This document shows, piece after piece, positions 26,331 through 39,200 of a stretch of 64,000 nucleotides of DNA. The notes under the pieces are model-generated. The model was given only the letters and a program-made list of their open reading frames with translations. It searched no databases and was not told the origin of the DNA. The stretch comes from Mytilus trossulus (taxonomy: Eukaryota), in the NCBI RefSeq assembly GCF_036588685.1, contig NC_086376.1, positions 15,872,001-15,936,000 of the forward strand, in the 5' to 3' direction. The position numbers and the translations under genes are program-made. Each line of letters begins with the position of its first letter. Positions within the stretch are counted from its first letter, which is position 1.

Positions 26331-27210
26331 AAAAAAAGAGTTGTTATGAACAAAAATAGCAGAGATTGAATTATTTTTTTTGTTAATATGATTCAGGCTT
26401 ATCATGATCCCCTAAGTTCAATAAAGGTGTCATGCATTATAAATATCAGCGTGTGGGTGTATTAGGGATTTATTTCAGGGACAGTGACCAAACTTGTCAT
26501 TTGTCACTGAATATTTATGTCAAAATACCTTTTTTTTAACAATTGCAAGTTGGGACAGAATTTTAAACATTTGAATAATATATGGAAAATTTTGAGTTAT
26601 TATAATCAAGTACCTCCACTTGTTTTGCCAGGTGTGCTCTACTCTGATCTTCAGTGGCTGGTATTACCAGTTTTCCTGCAGAAGGTCAATAGTTCTTTCT
26701 ATGGTGCCACCTAGCATCTACAAATACGTATTAGCCACCACAATATAGCCAAGCATGCTGATTGTGGGGTTTAACACAATCATCCAAGAATATTAAAACT
26801 AAAAAAAAAGTTGAAAAAGTTTGACTCATTAGATTGGCATTAAGCACGCACAAAAATACTACCAAAAGACAAAAAACACAAAGAGTATTGAAAACTAATA
26901 ACTTATAGAGATGTTTTTATTGTTACGAAAAATGCAACAGGGTTATAATGGCAATAATTTAAACTTTCATTTTGAATTTTTTTATATGAATTATAACTGT
27001 ATGATTATTCTCAATATCACAAAGATTTAAATGCATTTTCGTCTAAAATGATTAGATCCCAATAATTATGCACGCAATAATTTCTGAATTTAAAGTAATC
27101 AAAGTTCCTGGTGGTGCTTATACTTTCTTCTCAAACAGATTTCCCTTTACATTTAATTTCATTGACCATGCCTTAATTTCATTTTGCAGATCATATGGAC
27201 ATTTTCCCAT

Positions 27211-30200
27211 ATGGGTGCTGCATGTAGCTCAGAGCCAGAGTATAAGCAGATTCCTAATTCAGCTGTAAAAGAACCTCTCCACCCATCAGATTTACATCCA
27301 AATCCTGCAAAAGTAGTGCAAAAACCTCATGTAGAAAAGAAAGTAGAATTTAACCAAGATACAAAGATAGATACACCATCAAAAATGTCTACTTTAAGTC
27401 CTGGTAAAGCTCCTCCTAAAAGGACAATTTCTGTTCTGAAACAGATGGGAGACGATGAGCGAATGAAGAGAAATCCTGAAATAAAACAATTCTTGACAGA
27501 TTTCATCAATGTTCGTGTTTATATAGAAAATCTTCTAAAAAAAGCTGAGTGTGATGAGTATGAAGAATTACATAAGATGTTAACAGACAAAATCATTGAA
27601 CCATTCAATAAACAGACCAAAGATGAGGGACGATTGTTGATGGGGGATCATCTAGCTAAAATTAGGTAAGATACTTATCCTACAGATATTGTTATGAATT
27701 ATAGTAGACTCCAGCAAATGTGATACAAGTGTAAAAGGGTAGATTACTGTGGATCCATTGATATTAGTTGGATATCAATTTCCGTGAGTTTGGTGGCTAA
27801 GAAAGAACCACAAAGTTAGATGTTCTATAAATAACATATTTTCTAAAGGAATGAATACAGACTTTGCCACAACCACTAAATTAAATATCCACGTATATGC
27901 AAGTTTTCCTCAAACCACGAAAGTTGGTATCAACGAAAGTAAATGAATCCACAGTATATCCATTTAGACAAGCTACTGGAATTATTAAAAAATTTCAAGC
28001 ACAAGAAATTATGCAAATTCCATTATTAAAAATAATTCCAACTTATTAATAGCCGGTTATGCAAACTTTGGCAAAATGAAGAAATCAAATATTCACGAAA
28101 TTTATTCCTCAATCCATGAAAATTGGTACTCAAGAAAATAAAATGAATTCCCAATATTACAAAAACTTCGCTCTCAGTTTAAATCAACTGTCATAAACTA
28201 AAATTGCCTCTATTGGTTTCTCCCCTACTTTTTTTCACTCTAGTTGATACTTCATTTGTTTGAAATAAATGCCATTTTTTTCTAGTTTTGTGAAGCCAGT
28301 TGTAGATTTATACAATAGAATACTAGAGGAGCATGATATCCATGAAGGTATTTCTCCAAGCCTAGATGATGATGATAGTGAGCAACCATATTATATAGCT
28401 ATCGTAGATATCAGATCAATACTCTGGAACTTCTCTGATACCAGTAAAGACTTTGGAATGTCCATTGCTCAAGATACAGATTTCTTTCAGTCTATTGTGA
28501 AGGACTTGCAAATTACTTTTAAAGAAGGACTGGAAAATTTGGTAAGTTTATAAAAAATTGTTTATAAACATTTTTTTTAATACACAACCACCATGAACAG
28601 TGCCTGTTTTCAGCTTTCGTTGTAAAATACTATACTATACTGAATATGTATATATATTAATTATTGTGGAATAAATTTTCATTACCAAATTTTTGGACAA
28701 AATGAAAAAGTGTACAATTTTTGGAGGTATTTTCTAGCATCTTTTTTTCCCTATAGTATTGTAAATGCAAATCAGTGGTTTATAATCCATGACACTTTTT
28801 ATTTCAGACAGCAGGTGAATTTTCCTTCAATTCAGCTGTTGCCATAACAACAAACTGTGGACGAGCTGGAGTACAAAAGTCATCTTTCAATGTAGAGGTC
28901 AAAAAGGACAACTCTGATCCAGTTTCTGTCCACATGGTGGATGTTCTTACTCCTTTTCTCAAGTCAAAAGAACAATGTAAGCATTAATAACAAGGAGATG
29001 AGCATTATACCTTCACTAACTTTACACACTTCTTTTATTCAATGTTTCCAAAATACTTTGTTGATATTGTTCTAGGTCATATCATGATCATATCATGACA
29101 CATTAAGCTGGGTTTTTTTTATATAGAAATTCATGATTTAAAAATATAGGAATTAATCAAACACTTTCTATTACAAAGAAGATAGCACATTTATCAATAG
29201 GATTTACTGTGTCGCGCACAACACTATCTGTACAAAAACAATGGTATGGAAAGTTTATGCGCCACTCAAATTATTAAAACACAGAATAAATATGGAATTT
29301 ATTAAAAATTTCAAACACATGAAACTATGCAAATTCCATCATTAAGAATAATTCCAAATTGAAATAATAGCCTGTTATATATATAAAACAGTACAAGAAA
29401 CCATACAAACAGCTATATATATAAAACAGTACAAGAAACCATACAAACAGCTAACTGAAGACTACTGTAAATTTAGAAATTATTGCATGCATTTTATTTT
29501 ATTATTACCATTTTGTCATTTGTTTTCAATATCTATTGATAATATTCATTTATTTCTAGTTGTGAAATTAACAACCTTGTTGGCATTGTCTTACATGGTA
29601 AATGAAGATCAGAATAGGTTTTTAACTGCAGACCTGTCGTTGTTTGATTTCCTGCTTGAGATGATCAAACTAGCCATGAAAGACAAGGACAGACGTTACT
29701 CTGGTTTCAGTGTTCATGAACTAATTGAAGGACTTGCTGGTCTAGCCAAAAATGATGAGAATAAATTAAAGATAATGGAAAAGAAAGATACATATCCTCT
29801 ACTGAAGAAATCCATTATGCAGAATAAAGCTGAGCAAGAACAGCTAGCAGCAGTCAGGGCTGTATGGGAGTTATCCTTCGTTGAAAAGAACAAAAAGATT
29901 TTAGCTGTAAGTATTTGAATCTGACATATTTGTGGATATATCAATCATCCTTAATTAGAACGATAGTTGTATGTGTGAGTGTATGCAAGTGGGAGAGAAA
30001 GGCTTTTTATTTTTACTTTATGTGATTACATGCTTGTTATGAGCCCTATGATTAAGAAATAAAAATACCTTATCTTTATCTTTATATGTTTTAGTAGGAA
30101 CAGTTTAATGTTGATTTATCAAAGTCATCCGTTTTTTTTTTTAAATTCTGAAGGGTTGAATGTTCAGAATCAGACATGACATTTGCCAAGATGCAGTGGC

Positions 30201-33200
30201 AGATCCAGGCAATGTTTTATTTGACTTGCATGTGATGAAACCTTCCCTTTTCAAAAATGGTTGGATCTGCGACTGAAACTGTTAACATTTATTTAAACAT
30301 TTTAAATTAAATTGAGATGGAAGAGAAAAACACTTTTTATGAGCTATTCAATTTATCCAAAATTTTTGTATAAACAAATAAAGTTTAGAGAAATTTTACA
30401 CAGTTGATTAGTATCCTTTTTAACAGCAGTTCATGTTTTGGTCAGGCATTTACATTAATAAATATGCTTACTAGTACATTACATTCATTCTGTAATTTAA
30501 AGTATGGAAAATTGTTTCATTCACAAAGATAATGCTATTCAACAATATTTTTATATTTGCAGTTTTACATGTTTATGATTTTCATTTTTTGGAATTCAGA
30601 AAGATAAAGATCTGATGTCAAGGTTAGAGAGTTTACAAAAGCATGACAATCAAGATATAGCTAACTCAGCAGGGAGAGCATTGTTTGTTATCAATCCTGA
30701 CAGTGAGTTATCTTTCTGTTGTTTAATCATTGGTGAACACATTAAAACACTAGAATATGCAATAACAAAACATTATTTCTATTTTAAATAAGGAGATATG
30801 GTATGATTGCTTATGGGACATATATTCACTAAAGGATAGACGTAAGCAACTACATGTTTAGGTCACCATGCAAATTTCATCATTGACCAACCCTTTACTA
30901 TATAATCAGCTGCAATAAAGTCAGCCATGGAATAAAAAAATGTGAAATCCTTTAAAACAAAAACAAAACAAAACAGCAACCTAATTTATGACAGAAAAAT
31001 GATGGAAATATAATGGCACCCACTGATTTACAGGCTCCTAACATGGGATAGACACTTAAAGAATGAATTGTCTCCCCTTGTTAATCTTAATTTATTGTAT
31101 GATTCTTAAACTGCATTTAATTCAAAGGTTAAAGCAATGAAGAAATAAAAAGTAAATGATCAAACATGCAATAAGGGAAAGCATTTAAAATTTACTTTAA
31201 AAAAAAAAATCCTTTCATATATTTATTATTAATATAATATATTTTGGCGGAAACATATTTAGTTCCGTGAATATATACTTCCGCTATTGTATTCATTTGT
31301 TGAATTAAGTTTTTTTTTATAAATTAGATGAGAAAAATCTGATGAAGTCGGTAGCTGATTCTCACTCTAAGCTGGAACACCCTGAACAAGAACATATCAT
31401 GATAAGTTACCAGTGGAGTAACCAGAAAACTATACTTCAGGTCAGTTATCTCCCCTTACCCTGAACAAGAACATATCATGATAAGTTACCAGTGGAGTAA
31501 ACAGAAAACTAAACTACAGGTCAGTTATCTCCCCTTACCCTGAACCAGAACATATCATGATAAGTTACCAGTGGAGTAACCAGAAAACTATACTTCAGGT
31601 CAGTTATCTCCCCTTACCCTGGACAAGAACATATCATGATAAGTTACCAGTGGAGTAACCAGAAAACTATACTTCAGGTCAGTTATCTCCCCTTACCCCT
31701 GAACAAGAACATATCATGATAAGTTACCAGTGGAGTAACCAGAAAACTATACTTCAGGTCAGTGATCTCCCCTCACCCTGAACAAGAACATATCAGGATA
31801 AGTTACCAGTGGAGTACCCAAAAAACTATACTCCAGGTCAGTTATCTCCTCTTACAAGAACATATCATGATAGGTTACCAGTGGAGTAACCAGAAAAATA
31901 TACTCAGGTCAGTTATCTCCCCTTACCCTGGACAAGAACAAATCATGATAAGTTACCAGTGGAGTAACCAGAAAACTATACTACAGGTCAGTTATCTCCC
32001 CTTACCCTGGACAAAAAGGTATCATGATAAGTTACCAGTGGAGAAACCAGAAAACTATACTACAGGTCAGTTATCTCCCCTTACCCTGGACAAGAACAAA
32101 TCATGATAAGTTACCAGTGGAGTAACCAGAAAACTATACTACAGGTCAGTTATCTCCCCTTACCCTGGACAAAAACGTATCATGATAAGTTACCAGTGGA
32201 GAAACCAGAAAACTATACTACAGGTCAGTTATCTCCCCTTACCCTGGACAAGAACAAATCATGATAAGTTACCAGTGGAGTAACCAGAAAACTATACTAC
32301 AGGTCAGTTATCTCCCCTTACCCTGAACAAGAACATATCATGATAAGTTACCAGTGGAGTAACCAGAAAACTATACTTCAGGTCAGTTATCTCCCCTTAC
32401 CCTGAACAAGAACATATCATGATAAGTTACCAGTGGAGTAACCAGAAAACTATACTACAGGTCAGTTATCTCCCCTTACCCTGGACAAAAACTTATCATG
32501 ATTAGTTACCAGTGGAGTAACCAGAAAACTATACTTCAGGTCAGTTATCTCCCCTTACCCCTGAACAAGAACATATCATGATAAATTACCAGTGAAGTAA
32601 CCAAAAAACTATACTCCAGATCAGTTATCTCCACTTACAAGAACATATCATGATAAGTTAGTTACCAGTGGAGTAACCAGAAAACTATACTTCAGGTCAG
32701 TTACCTCCCCTTACCCTGAACAAGAACATATCATGATAAGTTACCAATGGAGTAACCAGAAAACTATACTTCAGGTCAGTTATCTCCCCTTACCCTGAAC
32801 CAGAACATATCATGATAAGTTACCAGTGGAGTGACCAGAAAACTATACTACAGGTCAGTTATCTCCTCTTACAAGAACATATCATGATAAGTTACCAGTG
32901 GAGTAACCAAAAAACTATACTCCAGGTCAGTTATCTCCTCTTACAAGAACATATCATGATAAGTTAGTTACCAGTGGAGTAACCAGAAAACTATACTTCA
33001 GGTCAGTTACCTCCCCTTACCCTGAACAAGAACATATCATGATAAGTTACCAATGGAGTAACCAGAAAACTATACTTCAGGTCAGTTATCTCCCCTTACC
33101 CTGAACAAAAACATATCATGATAAGTTACCAGTGGAGTAACTTGAAAACTATACTTCAGGTCAGTTACCTCCCCTTACCCTGAACAAGAACATATCATGA

Positions 33201-36200
33201 TAAGTTACCAGTGGAGTAACCAGAAAACTATACTTCAGGTCAGTTACCTCCCCTTACCCTGAACAAGAACATATCATGATAAGTTACCAGTGGAGAAACC
33301 AGAAAACTATACTTCAGGTCAGTTATCTCCCCTTACCCTGGACAAGAACATATCATGATAAGTTACCAGTGGAGTAACCGGAAAACTATACTTCAGGTCA
33401 GTTATCTCCCCTTACCCTGGACAAAAACAAATCATGATAAGTTACCAGTGGAGTAACCAGAAAACTATACTTCAGGTCAGTTATCTCCCCTTACCCCTGA
33501 ACAAGAACAAATCATGATAAGTTACCAGTGGAGTAACCAGAAAACTATACTACAGGTCAGTTATCTCCCCTTACCCTGGACAAAAACAAATCATGATAAG
33601 TTACCAGTGGAGTAACCAGAAAACTATACTTCAGGTCAGTTATCTCCCCTTACCCCTGAACAAGAACGTATCATGATAAGTTACCAATGGAGTAACCAGA
33701 AAACTATACTTCAGGTCAGTTATCTCCCCTTACCCCTGAACAAGAACATATCATGATAAGTTACCAGTGGAGTAACCATAAAACTATACTACAGGTCAGT
33801 TATCTCCCCTTACCCTGGACAAAAACGTATCATGATAAGTTACCAGTGGAGAAACCAGAAAACTATACTACAGGTCAGTTATCTCCCCTTACCCTGGACA
33901 AGAACAAATCATGATAAGTTACCAGTGGAGTAACCAGAAAACTATACTACAGGTCAGTTATCTCCCCTTACCCTGGACAAAAACGTATCATGATAAGTTA
34001 CCAGTGGAGAAACCAGAAAACTATACTACAGGTCAGTTATCTCCCCTTACCCTGGACAAGAACAAATCATGATAGGTTACCAGTGGAGTAACCAGAAAAC
34101 TATACTACAGGTCAGTTATCTCCCCTTACCCTGAACAAGAACATATCATGATAAGTTACCAGTGGAGTAACCAGAAAACTATACTTCAGGTCAGTTATCT
34201 CCCCTTACCCTGAACAAGAACATATCATGATAAGTTACCAGTGGAGTAACCAGAAAACTATACTACAGGTCAGTTATCTCCCCTTACCCTGGACAAAAAC
34301 TTATCATGATTAGTTACCAGTGGAGTAACCAGAAAACTATACTTCAGGTCAGTTATCTCCCCTTACCCCTGAACAAGAACATATCATGATAAATTACCAG
34401 TGAAGTAACCAAAAAACTATACTCCAGATCAGTTATCTCCTCTTACAAGAACATATCATGATAAGTTAGTTACCAGTGGAGTAACCAGAAAACTATACTT
34501 CAGGTCAGTTACCTCCCCTTACCCTGAACAAGAACATATCATGATAAGTTACCAATGGAGTAACCAGAAAACTATACTTCAGGTCAGTTATCTCCCCTTA
34601 CCCTGAACCAGAACATATCATGATAAGTTACCAGTGGAGTGACCAGAAAACTATACTACAGGTCAGTTATCTCCTCTTACAAGAACATATCATGATAAGT
34701 TACCAGTGGAGTAACCAAAAAACTATACTCCAGGTCAGTTATCTCCTCTTACAAGAACATATCATGATAAGTTAGTTACCAGTGGAGTAACCAGAAAACT
34801 ATACATCAGGTCAGTTACCTCCCCTTACCCTGAACAAGAACATATCATGATAAGTTACCAGTGGAGTAACCAGAAAACTATACTTCATGTCAGTTATCTC
34901 CCCTTACCCTGAACAAAAACATATCATGATAAGTTACCAGTGGAGTAACTTGAAAACTATACTTCAGGTCAGTTACCTCCCCTTACCCTGAACAAGAACA
35001 TATCATGATAAGTTACCAGTGGAGTAACCAGAAAACTATACTTCAGGTCAGTTACCTCCCCTTACCCTGAACAAGAACATATCATGATAAGTTACCAATG
35101 GAGTAACCAGAAAACTATACTTCAGGTCAGTTATCTCCCCTTACCCTGGACAAGAACATATCATGATAAGTTACCAGTGGAGTAACCAGAAAACTATACT
35201 ACAGGTCAGTTATCTCCCCTTACCCTGGACAAAAACAAATCATGATAAGTTACCAGTGGAGTAACCAGAAAACTATACTTCAGGTCAGTTATCTCCCCTT
35301 ACCCCTGAACAAGAACATATCATGATAAGTTACCAGTGGAGTAACCAGAAAACTATACTTCATGTCAGTGATCTCCCCTCACCCTGAACAAGAACATATC
35401 AGGATAAGTTACCAGTGGAGTAACCAAAAAACTATACTCCAGGTCAGTTATCTCCTCTTACAAGAACATATCATGATAGGTTACCAGTGGAGTAACCAGA
35501 AAAATATACTCAGGTCAGTTATCTCCCCTTACCCTGGACAAGAACAAATCATGATAAGTTACCAGTGGAGTAACCAGAAAACTATACTACAGGTCAGTTA
35601 TCTCCCCTTACCCTGGACAAAAACGTATCATGATAAGTTACCAGTGGGGAAACCAGAAAACTATACTACAGGTCAGTTATCTCCCCTTACCCTGGACAAG
35701 AACAAATCATGATAAGTTACCAGTGGAGTAACCAGAAAACTATACTACAGGTCAGTTATCTCCCCTTACCCTGGACAAAAACGTATCATGATAAGTTACC
35801 AGTGGAGAAACCAGAAAACTATACTACAGGTCAGTTATCTCCCCTTACCCTGGACAAGAACAAATCATGATAAGTTACCAGTGGAGTAACCAGAAAACTA
35901 TACTACAGGTCAGTTATCTCCCCTTACCCTGAACAAGAACATATCATGATAAGTTACCAGTGGAGTAACCAGAAAACTATACTTCAGGTCAGTTATCTCC
36001 CCTTACCCTGAACAAGAACATATCATGATAAGTTACCAGTGGAGTAACCAGAAAACTATACTTCAGGTCAGTTATCTCCCCTTACCCTGAACAAGAACAT
36101 ATCATGATAAGTTACCAGTGGAGTAACCAGAAAACTATCCTACAGGTCAGTTATCTCCCCTTACCCTGGACAAAAACTTATCATGATTAGTTACCAGTGG

Positions 36201-39200
36201 AGTAACCAGAAAACTATACTTCAGGTCAGTTATCTCCCCTTACCCCTGAACAAGAACATATCATGATAAATTACCAGTGAAGTAACCAAAAAACTATACT
36301 CCAGATCAGTTATCTCCTCTTACAAGAACATATCATGATAAGTTAGTTACCAGTGGAGTAACCAGAAAACTATACTTCAGGTCAGTTACCTCCCCTTACC
36401 CTGAACAAGAACATATCATGATAAGTTACCAATGGAGTAACCAGAAAACTATACTTCAGGTCAGTTATCTCCCCTTACCCTGAACAAGAACATATCATGA
36501 TAATTTACCAATGGAGTAACCAGAAAACTATACTTCAGGTCAGTTATCTCCCCTTACCCTGGACAAGAACATATCATGATAAGTTACCAGTGGAGTAACC
36601 AGAAAACTATACTTCAGGTCAGTTATCTCCCCTTACCCTGGACAAAAACATATCATGATAAGTTACCAGTGGAGTAACCAGAAAACTATACTTCAGGTCA
36701 GTTACCTCCCCTTACCCTGAACAAGAACATATCATGATAAGTTACCAATGGAGTAACCAGAAAACTATACTTCAGGTCAGTTATCTCCCCTTATCCTGGA
36801 CAAGAACATATCATGATAAGTTACTAGTGGAGTAACCGGAAAACTATACTTCAGGTCAGTTATCTCCCCTTACCCTGGACAAAAACAAATCATGATAAGT
36901 TACCAGTGGAGTAACCAGAAAACTATACTTCAGGTCAGTTATCTCCCCTTACCCCTGAACAAGAACAAATCATGATAAGTTACCAGTGGAGTAACCAGAA
37001 AACTATACTACAGGTCAGTTATCTCCCCTTACCCTGGACAAAAACAAATCATGATAAGTTACCAGTGGAGTAACCAGAAAACTATACTTCAGGTCAGTTA
37101 TCTCCCCTTACCCCTGAACAAGAACGTATCATGATAAGTTACCAATGGAGTAACCAGAAAACTATACTTCAGGTCAGTTATCTCCCCTTACCCCTGAACA
37201 AGAACATATCATGATAAGTTACCAGTGGAGTAACCAGAAAACTATACTACAGGTCAGTTATCTCCCCTTACCCTGAACAAGAACGTATCATGATAAGTTA
37301 CCAATGGAGTAACCAGAAAACTATACTTCAGGTCAGTGATCTCCCCTCACCCTGAACAAGAACATATCAGGATAAGTTACCAGTGGAGTAACCAAAAACT
37401 ATACTCCAGGTCAGTTATCTCCTCTTACAAGAACATATCATGATAGGTTACCAGTGGAGTAACCAGAAAAATATACTCAGGTCAGTTATCTCCCCTTACC
37501 CTGGACAAGAACAAATCATGATAAGTTACCAGTGGAGTAACCAGAAAACTATACTACAGGTCAGTTATCTCCCCTTACCCTGGACAAAAACGTATCATGA
37601 TAAGTTACCAGTGGAGAAACCAGAAAACTATACTACAGGTCAGTTATCTCCCCTTACCCTGGACAAGAACAAATCATGATAAGTTACCAGTGGAGTAACC
37701 AGAAAACTATACTACAGGTCAGTTATCTCCCCTTACCCTGGACAAAAACGTATCATGATAAGTTACCAGTGGAGAAACCAGAAAACTATACTACAGGTCA
37801 GTTATCTCCCCTTACCCTGGACAAGAACATATCATGATAAGTTAGTTACCAGTGGAGTAACCAGAAAACTATACTACAGGTCAGTTACCTCCCCTTACCC
37901 TGAACAAGAACATATCATGATAAGTTACCAATGGAGTAACCAGAAAACTATACTTCAGGTCAGTTATCTCCCCTTACCCTGAACCAGAACATATCATGAT
38001 AAGTTACCAGTGGAGTGACCAGAAAACTATACTACAGGTCAGTTATCTCCTCTTACAAGAACATATCATGATAAGTTACCAGTGGAGTAACCAAAAAACT
38101 ATACTCCAGATCAGTTATCTCCTCTTACAAGAACAGTTAGTTACCAGTGGAGTAACCAGAAAACTATACTTCAGGTCAGTTACCTCCCCTTACCCTGAAC
38201 AAGAACATATCATGATAAGTTACCAATGGAGTAACCAGAAAACTATACTTCAGGTCAGTTATCTCCCCTTACCCTGAACAAAAACATATCATGATAAGTT
38301 ACCAGTGGAGTAACTTGAAAACTATACTTCAGGTCAGTTACCTCCCCTTACCCTGAACAAGAACATATCATGATAAGTTACCAGTGGAGTAACCAGAAAA
38401 CTATACTTCAGGTCAGTTACCTCCCCTTACCCTGAACAAGAACATATCATGATAAGTTACCAATGGAGTAACCAGAAAACTATACTTCAGGTCAGTTATC
38501 TCCCCTTACCCTGGACAAGAACATATCATGATAAGTTACCAGTGGAGTAACCGGAAAACTATACTTCAGGTCAGTTATCTCCCCTTACCCTGGACAAAAA
38601 CAAATCATGATAAGTTACCAGTGGAGTAACCAGAAAACTATACTTCAGGTCAGTTATCTCCCCTTACCCCTGAACAAGAACAAATCATGATAAGTTACCA
38701 GTGGAGTAACCAGAAAACTATACTACAGGTCAGTTATCTCCCCTTACCCTGGACAAAAACAAATCATGATAAGTTACCAGTGGAGTAACCAGAAAACTAT
38801 ACTTCAGGTCAGTTATCTCCCCTTACCCCTGAACAAGAACGTATCATGATAAGTTACCAATGGAGTAACCAGAAAACTATACTTCAGGTCAGTTATCTCC
38901 CCTTACCCCTGAACAAGAACATATCATGATAAGTTACCAGTGGAGTAACCATAAAACTATACTACAGGTCAGTTATCTCCCCTTACCCTGGACAAAAACG
39001 TATCATGATAAGTTACCAGTGGAGAAACCAGAAAACTATACTACAGGTCAGTTATCTCCCCTTACCCTGGACAAGAACAAATCATGATAAGTTACCAGTG
39101 GAGTAACCAGAAAACTATACTACAGGTCAGTTATCTCCCCTTACCCTGGACAAAAACGTATCATGATAAGTTACCAGTGGAGAAACCAGAAAACTATACT

